Shown: positions 23,884 to 33,324, counted from the stretch's first letter. The stretch is DNA of 64,000 bases from Candidatus Thorarchaeota archaeon (GCA_019057475.1 DXJO01000020.1:96001-160000), one strand, 5' to 3'. Made by a program: numbers and translations. Notes: generated by a model from the sequence alone, not told the origin.

Positions 23884-24195
23884 TGCAGCGGCCCCAACAC
23901 TTCGGGTGTCCTTCTCCTGCGAAGAATGCTCGTCGTGCTTCTCAAAGCAGCGCTCTCTGAGGCTCCACCACTTAGTCTGAGGGCTGTTCCCGCCAGGGCC
24001 TGACCCGGTTCGACAATCTAAGTCAATCACAACAGTCCTACGACTGTTGGTATGACCGTGACAGACTTCAAAGACTGCTCGTCATCGTCCCACAGCGAAT
24101 CTCAACAGGATTGGGGTTCATCCTCCGCATGGTTACTGGTGCCACTATTGCCATGTGGTTTCAGCCGCGGCAAACGGCCCACCCTGCCCGCTGCA
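23884..24195 (-). ncRNA. ffs: Archaeal SRP (7S) RNA
   Basis: Terminal helix TGCAGCGG/CCGCTGCA, helix 6 CAACAGTC-GTAG-GACTGTTG, helix 8 GGGTCAGGCCC-TGGC-GGGAACAGCCC, ~312 nt. Confidence 0.92.
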
Positions 24196-24249
24196 GTTCG
24201 AGGAATCTACTGGTATGCCTAAAAAAGTTACCAATTGGGCTCAAACAAA

Positions 24250-26031
24250 CTAGATGAAGGCTCCAGCCGCCCTCTTTATTGTAACGATCTCTTCCAACAC
24301 ATCCAGTTCTGGCTGTGTTAAATCCTCAGAAAACTTCTTTCTGATTGCGAGAATATGCTTGTCAGGCACGTCAATGTAGAGTACTTCATTGTCCTTTACC
24401 TGTCTGCCAATGCTCGGCCCTCGGATAGACACTGCAACTTCCATTCCATCAGTTGCCTCATCTATCGTGACACTTCTATCCTGAATCTGCAGAATGGTTC
24501 CCACGCGCTTTCCTTGCCCATTGATGAGGGCTGTTCTTGGCTTCACAACGCCGCTTACTTTGACGCCTACGACTGCTGGATTCTTCTGCCTGAATACATA
24601 GTCAGGTATGAGCGTAATTTTTCCAGGCCTAACAATTGAGCCAAGCGACTCAGCCTTTGCCTGCTCTCGTTTCACTATGAGCCACGCGTTGAAATCATCA
24701 AAGAGGCGATAGATCACCTCATTCATGAATACCTCGACTCCGTATTCTGCAGCCAGATCCTCAATATCAGGTGCAATTTTAACGTTGAACCCCAGTACGA
24801 CGGCGTTGAGAGGGTCTGTATCACCTGCAGCTTGGGCCTCAACTATGTCCCTTTTAACAATCTGACCAACATCAGCAATCCGTACTGGAATCTTGCGGTC
24901 CTGCAAGAACTGACTGACTGCCTCCAAAGAACCAAGAGTATCGGTCTTCAGAACAACACCGGATGAATCCTTCTGAATGCGTATTGAGCTGATCTCATCA
25001 CGTATTTTGGACTTGATAGCTTCAAGTTCATCTAAATCACTAACAGCATAGACTGGTGCACCAGCCAGTGCTCCCTTGATGTCGGGAGACACAATTTTAA
25101 CACCTGCCGCGGCATGCACCTCGTCAACGTGCGCAAACTTCTCTTTTGGGTCTCTAATCTCATCAAGCGCCTTTGGGAGCAGTAATGCTCTGATTTTAGC
25201 AACTATGACATCATCGAGACCGCCGACCACTATAGTATCAGACTTCCTCAAAACCCCCTCATAGATTATTGTATCAAGCGTTGTGCCTAGGCCGGTTTCC
25301 TCTCTGACCTCCAGTATCGCTCCCTTAGCCGGACCCGTGGAGATACTGAGCCTATCCTTAAGGTACTGCTGAGTCAGTCCTGAGAGGACCATCAACAGCT
25401 CAGGAATGCCATCCCCGGTCTTCGCACTAGTGGGCACAATGGCCACAGTCTGCGTGAAGTCCTCTACACGATCATATCTTTCCGAAGCGATTCCGTTTGC
25501 AGACAGTGCTCCAACAATCTCGTATAGACGTCGGTCTAGCTCGTTCTGTATTGTCTTGTTCTGCGACTTTATGGCCTGGAACAGGTCGACATCAGGAACA
25601 CTCCTCCATCCCGGGACCTTGTCGAGCTTGTTAGCGGCTATGAGGAACGGTGTTTTCCCTGATTTCAGTATCTTCAATGATTCATAGGACTGAGTCAGTG
25701 GCCCCTCATTGATGTCCACTACTAATATCGCTATGTCAGCTATCGCTCCACCGCGTCTTCTGAGGTTCAGGTATGCTTCATGGCCTGGCGTGTCAATGAA
25801 CAGCAGGCCATCGATTGTTAATTGGGTGTTGACGCTCTCCAGAAGGTTTCCACAAATGGAGAGAATCGTTTCAGTCGGGAAAAAGGAAGCGCCGATATGT
25901 TGAGTGATGCCTGCCGCCTCTCGATCCTGCACTGCTGTACCTCGCATCTTGTCCAGTAGTGAGGTTTTGCCATGGTCTATGTGACCGAGTACCGTGACAA
26001 TGGGGGAACGCAGTTTTGCTTCCTGAGTCAT
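24250..26031 (-). CDS. infB: Translation initiation factor aIF5B (IF-2)
   Basis: LRSPIVTVLGHIDHGKT, GITQHIGA, DTPGHE, NKLD. Confidence 0.98.
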   Translation of the reverse strand: MTQEAKLRSPIVTVLGHIDHGKTSLLDKMRGTAVQDREAAGITQHIGASFFPTETILSICGNLLESVNTQLTIDGLLFIDTPGHEAYLNLRRRGGAIADIAILVVDINEGPLTQSYESLKILKSGKTPFLIAANKLDKVPGWRSVPDVDLFQAIKSQNKTIQNELDRRLYEIVGALSANGIASERYDRVEDFTQTVAIVPTSAKTGDGIPELLMVLSGLTQQYLKDRLSISTGPAKGAILEVREETGLGTTLDTIIYEGVLRKSDTIVVGGLDDVIVAKIRALLLPKALDEIRDPKEKFAHVDEVHAAAGVKIVSPDIKGALAGAPVYAVSDLDELEAIKSKIRDEISSIRIQKDSSGVVLKTDTLGSLEAVSQFLQDRKIPVRIADVGQIVKRDIVEAQAAGDTDPLNAVVLGFNVKIAPDIEDLAAEYGVEVFMNEVIYRLFDDFNAWLIVKREQAKAESLGSIVRPGKITLIPDYVFRQKNPAVVGVKVSGVVKPRTALINGQGKRVGTILQIQDRSVTIDEATDGMEVAVSIRGPSIGRQVKDNEVLYIDVPDKHILAIRKKFSEDLTQPELDVLEEIVTIKRAAGAFI

Positions 26032-26165
26032 CAATGGCCACCTCACAAGAAGATTGATGCCAAGCAATTTTCCCTAGCTTATGAAACTGTCGTTTGCGAT
26101 AGTCGAGCCACAACCCTGAAATAACAAAGAACTGTGTTCGCCATCAGCAAGATAGACATAGTTCG

Positions 26166-26837
26166 GTGAAGCAGTTGGAACGCTCTTTTGTAATAATCAA
26201 ACCTGATGGAACCGCTAGAAGAAGAGTGAGTGCCTTAGTGATCAAGGCTCTACTGGATAGAGGATACAGTGTCCGTGCCTTCAAAGAAATGAAGGTATCC
26301 AAATCGTTGGCTGAAATGCACTACGCGGTCCATAAGGAGAAACCATTCTTCCCTTGGCTTGTAGACTTCATAACTTCCGCCAATGTTCTGACAATGATTC
26401 TCGAAGCTGATAACGTAATCGAGGGCGTTCGCGAAGCGCTTGGTGCGACATTCGTTCAGAAGGCTTCGTCCGATTCACTAAGAGGACGTTATGGAATATG
26501 GGCTGGCATCAATATCGCCCACGCATCTGATGGACCGGATACCGCAAGAACTGAGATATCTCTCTGGATGACTGAAGGTGGCATTGAAGAGTCTGATGAC
26601 GCAGAGGCCTCTGCTTGGGCCTATATCAACAAGTACAGTTCTGGAAGCGCAGATTATACCATGGATATTCGCAATATTGTCAAAGAATCCATTGAAAATG
26701 GAAACACATCACCTGCTGTTCTGAGCTCGCTGGAAGATCTGCTAGGTAAAGATGCAGACGGAATCGAGAAGAAATCAATCGACGCTCTGGCAAACGCGAT
26801 TTTTGATTACATTAAGGAAGAAGCCGAGAAAAAATGA
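26166..26837 (+). CDS. ndk: Nucleoside diphosphate kinase with C-terminal extension
   Basis: IKPDG, HYAVH, NIAHASD catalytic His. Confidence 0.93.
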   Translation: MKQLERSFVIIKPDGTARRRVSALVIKALLDRGYSVRAFKEMKVSKSLAEMHYAVHKEKPFFPWLVDFITSANVLTMILEADNVIEGVREALGATFVQKASSDSLRGRYGIWAGINIAHASDGPDTARTEISLWMTEGGIEESDDAEASAWAYINKYSSGSADYTMDIRNIVKESIENGNTSPAVLSSLEDLLGKDADGIEKKSIDALANAIFDYIKEEAEKK

Positions 26838-26894
26838 CACCAGGTGGCAAAAAGTACCACCTATGCCTTTTACATGCAGATTCAAACAGGTGCT

Positions 26895-27095
26895 TCAGCG
26901 CTTCGTTTTGCCACCCTTCTCATAGCCCGTAGTCCACTTGGTATCTCTGGGCTTCATCTTCCGTTTTATCCTGTTGACCTTGCACTTATTCGAACAGAAC
27001 CACAGTACAGCCCCGTCCTTTGTCTGTACGTAGGCCATGCCCGTGCCAGGCTCGATGTCCTTGCCACAGAAGACGCATTTCTGTGTTCCAACCAC
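26895..27095 (-). CDS. rpl24e: 50S ribosomal protein L24e
   Basis: CVFCG.DIEPGTG, FCSNKC. Confidence 0.97.
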   Translation of the reverse strand: MVGTQKCVFCGKDIEPGTGMAYVQTKDGAVLWFCSNKCKVNRIKRKMKPRDTKWTTGYEKGGKTKR

Positions 27096-27097
27096 GC

Positions 27098-27331
27098 CTA
27101 ACGCCTCCTCATCTTCCGAGCTTCACGTTCAGTTTCTCGGAGAGAGAGAATATCGCCCTCTCTGACAGGGCCTTTCACGTTGCGAGTGAGCACCCGACCT
27201 CTGTCCCGTCCGTCCAATATCTTGACTCGGACTTGGGTGATTTCCCCGGTCACTCCAGTTCTTCCCAGAATCTGGATAACCTCCGCCGGGGTTGCGGCAG
27301 TCCTATCTGAGTCATCATTTGTTTTACTCAT
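27098..27331 (-). CDS. rps28e: 30S ribosomal protein S28e
   Basis: [31 protein letters not shown]. Confidence 0.98.
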   Translation of the reverse strand: MSKTNDDSDRTAATPAEVIQILGRTGVTGEITQVRVKILDGRDRGRVLTRNVKGPVREGDILSLRETEREARKMRRR

Positions 27332-27355
27332 CTAAAGCCATCACCTAGAAGAGCA

Positions 27356-27727
27356 CTATTTGCGCAGTCCAGCTATCTTCTCAACCAAGTCATCAACAAG
27401 GTCCTTCGCCTTGCCATCAATGACGATGGCGACCGCCGCTGTGGGGCGTTCGATACCGCAAGCATTACCAAGGTCCTTCTTGCTATCCACGAAGATGTAT
27501 GGTGCTTTCTTGTCATCACAGAGACCTGGCAAGTACATGATGATCTCTGGAGGTTCTACGTCCCCTGCAACCAGTACAAGACGTGCAATTCCACGCTCGA
27601 TGGACTTAGTTGCCTCGTTTATTCCTTTCTTGATTCGTCCTGTATCTTTGGCAATCTCAAGAGCTTCGAGAGCCTTCTTCTGGAGCTCTTCAGGGAATTC
27701 AACTTCAACAAAACTCGGTTTCGGCAT
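27356..27727 (-). CDS. rpl7ae: 50S ribosomal protein L7Ae
   Basis: KKGINEATKSIERG, DVEPPEI. Confidence 0.98.
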   Translation of the reverse strand: MPKPSFVEVEFPEELQKKALEALEIAKDTGRIKKGINEATKSIERGIARLVLVAGDVEPPEIIMYLPGLCDDKKAPYIFVDSKKDLGNACGIERPTAAVAIVIDGKAKDLVDDLVEKIAGLRK

Positions 27728-27734
27728 TATTATC

Positions 27735-27759
27735 TACCTCTGTTTTCACATCATTGGTA
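27735..27759 (-). promoter_or_regulatory. Kink-turn in the L7Ae 5' UTR overlapping the Shine-Dalgarno
   Basis: Minus strand TACC-AAT-GA-TGT-GAAA-ACA-GA-GGTA: C-stem, 3-nt bulge, tandem G.A pairs, NC stem, GNRA loop. Confidence 0.85.
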
Positions 27760-27868
27760 TGAGTGTCTATTAACGCACCCGTTGCAAAGGGTGCATTCTC
27801 GTCGCTGTCATGCCTACTTCTTTTAAAACTGTCGAACTAGTCTGACTCAACAACTAGGGATGGCATGT

Positions 27869-28861
27869 CTAATATCCTAGTTCCCTGATTGCCCCTACTA
27901 GGTCATCATCACTTGCTTTGCAATGAGCAAGAACCGAGTATCTTCCTCGTTTCTTCATAATTTTCTGTGCGTGGTGTATGTCATCAAGAAATGTAGCTTC
28001 AGTTAAATCCAGTTCCTTGAGTTCTACTGGCATATTCCTCTCCAGTAGAAAGTCCCTGATATCTGATGGTCGATGCTTGGCATAGCCGGCCTCGTCAAGA
28101 AAATGGAGGCTTAGGGGAGTAGCAAATGCAACTTGAAGGCCATGTAGACTCTGCATCCTTCGATCCATTGCGTGGGATATTGCATGTTCTGTTCCGGAGC
28201 AGGGTCTAGAACTCCCAAAGTCAGTCATGGCATTGCCTGTGTCTATCACAGATTTGACGAGGGTTTCGAGGTTATCGTCCTTTAGCACAGTTTCGAGTGC
28301 GAACTCTACTGTTCTGTAGACGTCCTCATCCAGTGGCTCACCTGCAAGCTCATTGGCGAGTCGCCACTCCGCTAAACTTGATGCCTTGCTGAGTATATCT
28401 CCTATCCCAGACAGAGTCAGTATTCGAGGAGCGGTAGACATCACACTCAAATCCGCAAGTATGAAACTTGGCTTCTTGCATTTCTCTGAATAGCGATAAC
28501 CGTCGTGCATTACAGAGGCAACGTCACTCGCAATGCCGTCATGTGATGCCGCAGTGGGGATAGAAATCCAATCGAGTCCTGCTTCGAGTGCGAAGAGCTT
28601 GGCCATATCGATGCTCCTTCCACCGCCAAAGCCTATGATCACATCGATGCCATGATATCGCGAAACCAATCCCTTCCGATAATCAGGTGATATGGACCAC
28701 ATCACGTCAGCATCGATAATACTCTCCATCATTTGCCCATACTTGTCGTAGATGACCACATCCGATACGATTAGAGGTTTCTTGTATCCTTCAAGGATGT
28801 CATTGAGCTTCTCTAAGGCACCCTCTGCAATAATCACATTGCTTGAGGTCATATCGTCCAC
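27869..28861 (-). CDS. egsA: sn-glycerol-1-phosphate dehydrogenase
   Basis: GGGRSID, PTAASHDGIAS, SSRPCSGTEHAISHA, LHGLQV. Confidence 0.93.
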   Translation of the reverse strand: MDDMTSSNVIIAEGALEKLNDILEGYKKPLIVSDVVIYDKYGQMMESIIDADVMWSISPDYRKGLVSRYHGIDVIIGFGGGRSIDMAKLFALEAGLDWISIPTAASHDGIASDVASVMHDGYRYSEKCKKPSFILADLSVMSTAPRILTLSGIGDILSKASSLAEWRLANELAGEPLDEDVYRTVEFALETVLKDDNLETLVKSVIDTGNAMTDFGSSRPCSGTEHAISHAMDRRMQSLHGLQVAFATPLSLHFLDEAGYAKHRPSDIRDFLLERNMPVELKELDLTEATFLDDIHHAQKIMKKRGRYSVLAHCKASDDDLVGAIRELGY

Positions 28862-29326
28862 TTCTTATGGGCCGGTCCAAGTACCACAATTAAGGGTATG
28901 CAACAGCTGCGAAGAACCTGTAAAATCTTGAACATTTCGTAGGTAGTTATGACATACTGCTCAGGATTGAGTGGTGTGGTTGTTCAATGCTGATTGCTAA
29001 TGCCTGCATGCAATTTGGTCGCCGCCAGTTAGACGGAGACAGAAAACGCCTATGGAGAGGACGTGAGACTTGTCGCAGATTCAGTAGGATCTGCAGAGCA
29101 GACCTCAATGAATCAGGAACCGAACATCAGTCAAGGACATTGATGTCTAGGATTGTACAAGTTTCGGGCTACGGCTTCTATCTCGTGCCAACTGGGCCAG
29201 CTTCCAGTAATCCTTGTATCAGTCTTAAGTAGAGTGAATTACGGGCCGGGAATTTGCGAGTGTAATACTACAGCTGATATGTTGAAGGTGCACGATTCAT
29301 TCAGTGAGCACCTGGAGTCCCATCTC

Positions 29327-29824
29327 ATGACCCGCTATGTCAAGGTTGCATTAATGGGGTCAGGGTATGCCGGCAAGTCCACCCTGATCAAACTTCTCAC
29401 AGACAACATGTCCGATCTAGATGCCAACTACAAGCCGACCTGTGGGATGGATTGCGGGACAATCACACTCGACAAGTTCACCAAGATATCGTTGGTTGAG
29501 ATGGGTGGTCAGACACACTTCGAGTTTATGTGGGCTGACTTGCTAAGGGGGAGCAAGATGGTGGTCGTTGTCACTGAGAGCACCCCCAAGGCAGTACTGA
29601 AGACGCGTCAAATACTGCAGAAATACAGGAAGGAGCTCGAAGGCATTCAGGTCATCGCAATTGCAAATAAGCAGGACCTTCCAGGCTCTATGAAGCCCCG
29701 CTCAGTTGAGGATTTGCTCGGAATTCCCACCTATGGCATGGTAGCTATTGATCCAAAGCAACAGCTACACGGCTACAAGCTGATAGTCAATGGACTACGT
29801 GATATGGCCCAAGTAGCAGCATAG
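29327..29824 (+). CDS. Arf-related small GTPase (Asgard type)
   Basis: G1 GSGYAGKST, G2 YKPT, G3 EMGGQ, Arf-type W after switch II, G4 ANKQD. Confidence 0.88.
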   Translation: MTRYVKVALMGSGYAGKSTLIKLLTDNMSDLDANYKPTCGMDCGTITLDKFTKISLVEMGGQTHFEFMWADLLRGSKMVVVVTESTPKAVLKTRQILQKYRKELEGIQVIAIANKQDLPGSMKPRSVEDLLGIPTYGMVAIDPKQQLHGYKLIVNGLRDMAQVAA

Positions 29825-30020
29825 CCACAGTTTCTTTGTTTATTGGGCAGGTTTTCAAGGCTTAATAGCAACGTTCTAGGACAATGCTTTTATACATACA
29901 CAAGTGTGGCAGTCTTACCCAGAGCATGGGCGAGTGAGCTGTCAGCCCTCTGGTAGGGTATTTCAGCGAGTCTGTCCGGGATCAGTGTCTTTTGGGTACA
30001 CTCCAAGGTCAGGTGAGATA

Positions 30021-30824
30021 ATGGAAATCACAATCATTAACAAACAGGATGATTCAATCCATTTCCTGGTTGAGGATGTAGATGTCGCATTCGCTAATGC
30101 AATCCGCAGGACAATGCTAACTAAGTTACCTGCTATGGCGATAGATGAAGTACTCATACTGGAAAATACCAGTGTTATGTACGATGAAATGATTGCTCAG
30201 CGTCTTGGTCTCATTCCTATAGTAACGGACCTAGACTCCTACAATCTTCCCCAAGACTGCGAATGTGAAGGAAAAGGCTGCAGCCTCTGCCAATGTACGC
30301 TCACACTAGAGGTGGAACCTGAAGATGAAGAGGTCGTTGTATACTCACGTAGCCTGACCTCACAAGATCCAAAGATAGTTCCTGCCTCTGGAAACATCCC
30401 AATTACCAAACTAGCACCCCATCAAAGACTGATTATAGAGGCCTACGCTCGACTTGGAACAGGAGCCGAGAATGCCAAGTTCCAACCCGTCGCAACGGTT
30501 GCATACAAGTATGTTCCAGTTATTAGCGTGGATAAATCGAAATGCAATCTTTGTGAAGAATGCGTAAAGATCTGTCCGAAGAATATCATGAAAGTTGATG
30601 GAAGCACTTTGTCGACTCAGAACACATTGGACTGCAGCTTGTGCGAGGCCTGTGTTGATGTCTGCGAGCCTGGAGCCATAACAATCGATTCCAAGAAGAA
30701 CGCCTTTCTCTTCAAAGTAGAATCTACCGGCTCTCTAAGCCCCGAAACCATTGTTTCGAAGACAGCAGAAATTCTGAAGACTAGAATCCAAGCAGCTCTT
30801 GATTACGCGAACTCTCTGAGGTGA
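30021..30824 (+). CDS. rpoD: RNA polymerase subunit D (Rpo3) with ferredoxin-like domain
   Basis: FANAIRR, DEMIAQRLGLIP, two CxxCxxCxxxC motifs, FKVESTGSL. Confidence 0.97.
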   Translation: MEITIINKQDDSIHFLVEDVDVAFANAIRRTMLTKLPAMAIDEVLILENTSVMYDEMIAQRLGLIPIVTDLDSYNLPQDCECEGKGCSLCQCTLTLEVEPEDEEVVVYSRSLTSQDPKIVPASGNIPITKLAPHQRLIIEAYARLGTGAENAKFQPVATVAYKYVPVISVDKSKCNLCEECVKICPKNIMKVDGSTLSTQNTLDCSLCEACVDVCEPGAITIDSKKNAFLFKVESTGSLSPETIVSKTAEILKTRIQAALDYANSLR

Positions 30825-30831
30825 GCCCGAG

Positions 30832-31191
30832 ATGGTAAGAGGACCAACCGACCCCAATACACGCGCTCTAATCAATTCATTAAAGAAGACATCTACAAAA
30901 TATGATGTTAGAATATGGAGAAGAGTGGCCGAGCTTATAGCGCGCCCGGCTAGAAAACGTGCTACTGTGAATGTTGGCAAAATTGGCCGGCATACACGAG
31001 CTGGCGACATAGTCATTGTGCCAGGCAAAATCCTGGGATCAGGTATCATTCCACACAAAGTCACAGTCGCAGCAATGAATGCATCAACAACTGCTAGGTC
31101 GGCTATAGTGAATGCAGGTGGATCACTGATTACGATCCCGGAGCTGCTCAACCAATCCCCAAAGGGGACAGGAATTACGATTATCATATGA
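30832..31191 (+). CDS. rpl18e: 50S ribosomal protein L18e
   Basis: VNVGKI, IVPGKILGSG. Confidence 0.96.
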   Translation: MVRGPTDPNTRALINSLKKTSTKYDVRIWRRVAELIARPARKRATVNVGKIGRHTRAGDIVIVPGKILGSGIIPHKVTVAAMNASTTARSAIVNAGGSLITIPELLNQSPKGTGITIII

Positions 31192-31201
31192 GGTGGTTTC
31201 A

Positions 31202-31654
31202 ATGACCGAACAGGCAGTGAAAGTTTACGATGCAGATAACATGGTGGTCGGCAGAATGGCATCAAAGGTTGCGAAGGCTGCCTTGCTAGGTGACCGAGTG
31301 GTCATACTGAACGCCGAGAAGGCCATCATAACGGGTGCCCGACGAACAGTCATTGAAGCTTACAAGGAGAAATTCAATATCAGGACCTCCTACAGCCCGA
31401 GAAGGGGTCCATTCCATCATCGACGTCCCGATAAGATGATACGACGGATTATACGTGGCATGCTTCCTTGGCCCACTCCCCGTGGAAAGGCAGCTTACAA
31501 ACGAGTCCACGTTTACATAGGTGTGCCCGAACAGTACGCCGAAACTGAGAAGATAGTCCTCGAAGGATCGCGCTACAACAGCTTGGTCCGGAGATATATC
31601 ACGGTCGGGGACCTTAGTCATGAACTTGGCTGGAGAAATCCAGAGGTGCGATGA
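31202..31654 (+). CDS. rpl13: 50S ribosomal protein L13 (uL13)
   Basis: GRMASKVAK, RRIIRGMLP. Confidence 0.97.
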   Translation: MTEQAVKVYDADNMVVGRMASKVAKAALLGDRVVILNAEKAIITGARRTVIEAYKEKFNIRTSYSPRRGPFHHRRPDKMIRRIIRGMLPWPTPRGKAAYKRVHVYIGVPEQYAETEKIVLEGSRYNSLVRRYITVGDLSHELGWRNPEVR

Positions 31655-31655
31655 G

Positions 31656-32054
31656 ATGCGCGTAGTTGTTACCACCGGCAAAAGAAAGACGAGCCTAGCA
31701 AAGGCCACAATCAAGGATGGGCGTGGTAGAATCAGAATCAATGGACGGCCGCTAGAGATTCACCAGCCAGAGATTGCCCGGATGCGAATCACAGAACCGT
31801 TGATACTCTTTGGCGATGGATGGAAGAGATACGACATCAAGGTAAGGGTTCGAGGCGGTGGTTTCATGAGTCAGGCTGATGCTATCAGAATGGCCATCGC
31901 CAATGGACTGATTCGCATGAGCCAGAATTTCGAGGCACGCTCAAAGATGCAAGAACATGATAGGACAATGCTGGTCGGTGATCCTCGACGTACTGAACCG
32001 AAGAAGTTTGGCGGCCCCTCAGCACGATCTAGATATCAGAAATCCTACAGGTAG
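31656..32054 (+). CDS. rps9: 30S ribosomal protein S9 (uS9)
   Basis: GKRKTS, GGGFMSQA, PKKFGGPSARSRYQKSYR. Confidence 0.98.
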   Translation: MRVVVTTGKRKTSLAKATIKDGRGRIRINGRPLEIHQPEIARMRITEPLILFGDGWKRYDIKVRVRGGGFMSQADAIRMAIANGLIRMSQNFEARSKMQEHDRTMLVGDPRRTEPKKFGGPSARSRYQKSYR

Positions 32055-32066
32055 GGAGATGTAACG

Positions 32067-32282
32067 ATGATAATTCCTGTGCGATGTTTCACATGCGGCA
32101 AAGTAGTTGCCGACAAGTACGAGCAGTTCAAGAGTGAGGTCCAACAGGGTGAGGACCCTGCAGCTGTGCTAGACCGCCTTGGACTCCAGAGATACTGCTG
32201 TCGAAGAATGCTTCTGGCACACATTGACATAATTGACAGCTTCATGGCTTTCGCCACATCTGATGTTGTGGAGGGTGTCTGA
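32067..32282 (+). CDS. rpoN: RNA polymerase subunit N (Rpo10)
   Basis: [19 protein letters not shown]. Confidence 0.98.
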   Translation: MIIPVRCFTCGKVVADKYEQFKSEVQQGEDPAAVLDRLGLQRYCCRRMLLAHIDIIDSFMAFATSDVVEGV

Positions 32283-32284
32283 TC

Positions 32285-32920
32285 ATGAGTGAAACAGAAA
32301 TCTCAGAGATCGACCTGCTGACTCCCATGGATCAGTACCTTGCAGCAGGTTGTCATATAGGAACGCAAGTAAAGACTCATGACATGGAGCCGTTTGTCTA
32401 CCGGCAAAGGCCCATCGGCCTCTACGTGTTGGATGTTCGTAAGACCGACGAACGAATCAGAGTTGCTGGCAAATACATTGCCAGAGTCAATGCCGACAGG
32501 ATTGCAGTGGTTTCTGGTCGAGTCTACGGAAAGCGACCAGTAGAAGCATTTGCCCACTACATTACTGCCAATGCTTTCACAGAACGGTTCATCCCCGGTA
32601 CTTTCACAAATCCAAACATTTCCGGTCCTCGAACATATGTCGAGCCAGAGCTGGTGATTCTAACCGACCCCCGAACGGATCAACAAGCCTTGTCAGAGGC
32701 AGCTAGAATCGGCGTGCCTGTCATCGCACTCTGCGATACTGACAATGTGACGACTAACGTGGACTTGGTGGTGCCTACCAACAATCGTGGTCGCAAGTCA
32801 CTGGCGCTTATCTACTACCTATTGACTCGTCAGGTGCTGCGCGAGAAGGGTGACATACCTGAAGATGGCGAAACCGCCTTCACACCCGCAGATTTCGAGC
32901 CCCAGATTCAGCGGTACTAG
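32285..32920 (+). CDS. rps2: 30S ribosomal protein S2 (uS2)
   Basis: LAAGCHIG, RFIPGTFTNP, PTNNRG. Confidence 0.97.
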   Translation: MSETEISEIDLLTPMDQYLAAGCHIGTQVKTHDMEPFVYRQRPIGLYVLDVRKTDERIRVAGKYIARVNADRIAVVSGRVYGKRPVEAFAHYITANAFTERFIPGTFTNPNISGPRTYVEPELVILTDPRTDQQALSEAARIGVPVIALCDTDNVTTNVDLVVPTNNRGRKSLALIYYLLTRQVLREKGDIPEDGETAFTPADFEPQIQRY

Positions 32921-32928
32921 CGTTTCAT

Positions 32929-33324
32929 CTATTCCACGATAGAAACGACGCCGAGACCGGCGTCTACCACTAATTTCTGTCCAGTCCTAATTTTACTAAC
33001 ATCAATGTGATCAATCGTTGGTATTTCAGAGATGATACTTCCAACAGCAACCACCGGGTCAGTTTCCTTGTTGACTATCGCTAGGGGTGCTTTGCCAGCC
33101 TTCTTCAGGGCGAAGAGAACATATGAACCAACAGTCGAACCCTTGCCAGACGGAAACACAAATATTTTTCCTGCAACGGATTTGCCCTCAAGTTCATGTC
33201 CTTTCTCGACGATGACTCCGGTATCAGGCTCGCACCCACCGTAGAAACTGATGTCTTCTGACGTTACTAGGGCTTCGCCCTCAGCTCTGCCCTTGTAGAT
33301 TTTTCTACCTTCGAACTTACTCAT
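32929..33324 (-). CDS. Aconitase X swivel domain (DUF126), phosphomevalonate dehydratase small subunit
   Basis: GKGSTVGSYV motif; ATGA-coupled to the DUF521 gene. Confidence 0.9.
   Translation of the reverse strand: MSKFEGRKIYKGRAEGEALVTSEDISFYGGCEPDTGVIVEKGHELEGKSVAGKIFVFPSGKGSTVGSYVLFALKKAGKAPLAIVNKETDPVVAVGSIISEIPTIDHIDVSKIRTGQKLVVDAGLGVVSIVE

Noticed and set aside
28987-29326. 81-aa ORF and N-terminal extension of the small GTPase
   Set aside because: No motifs; the GTPase fold starts at ATG 29327. Treated as intergenic.
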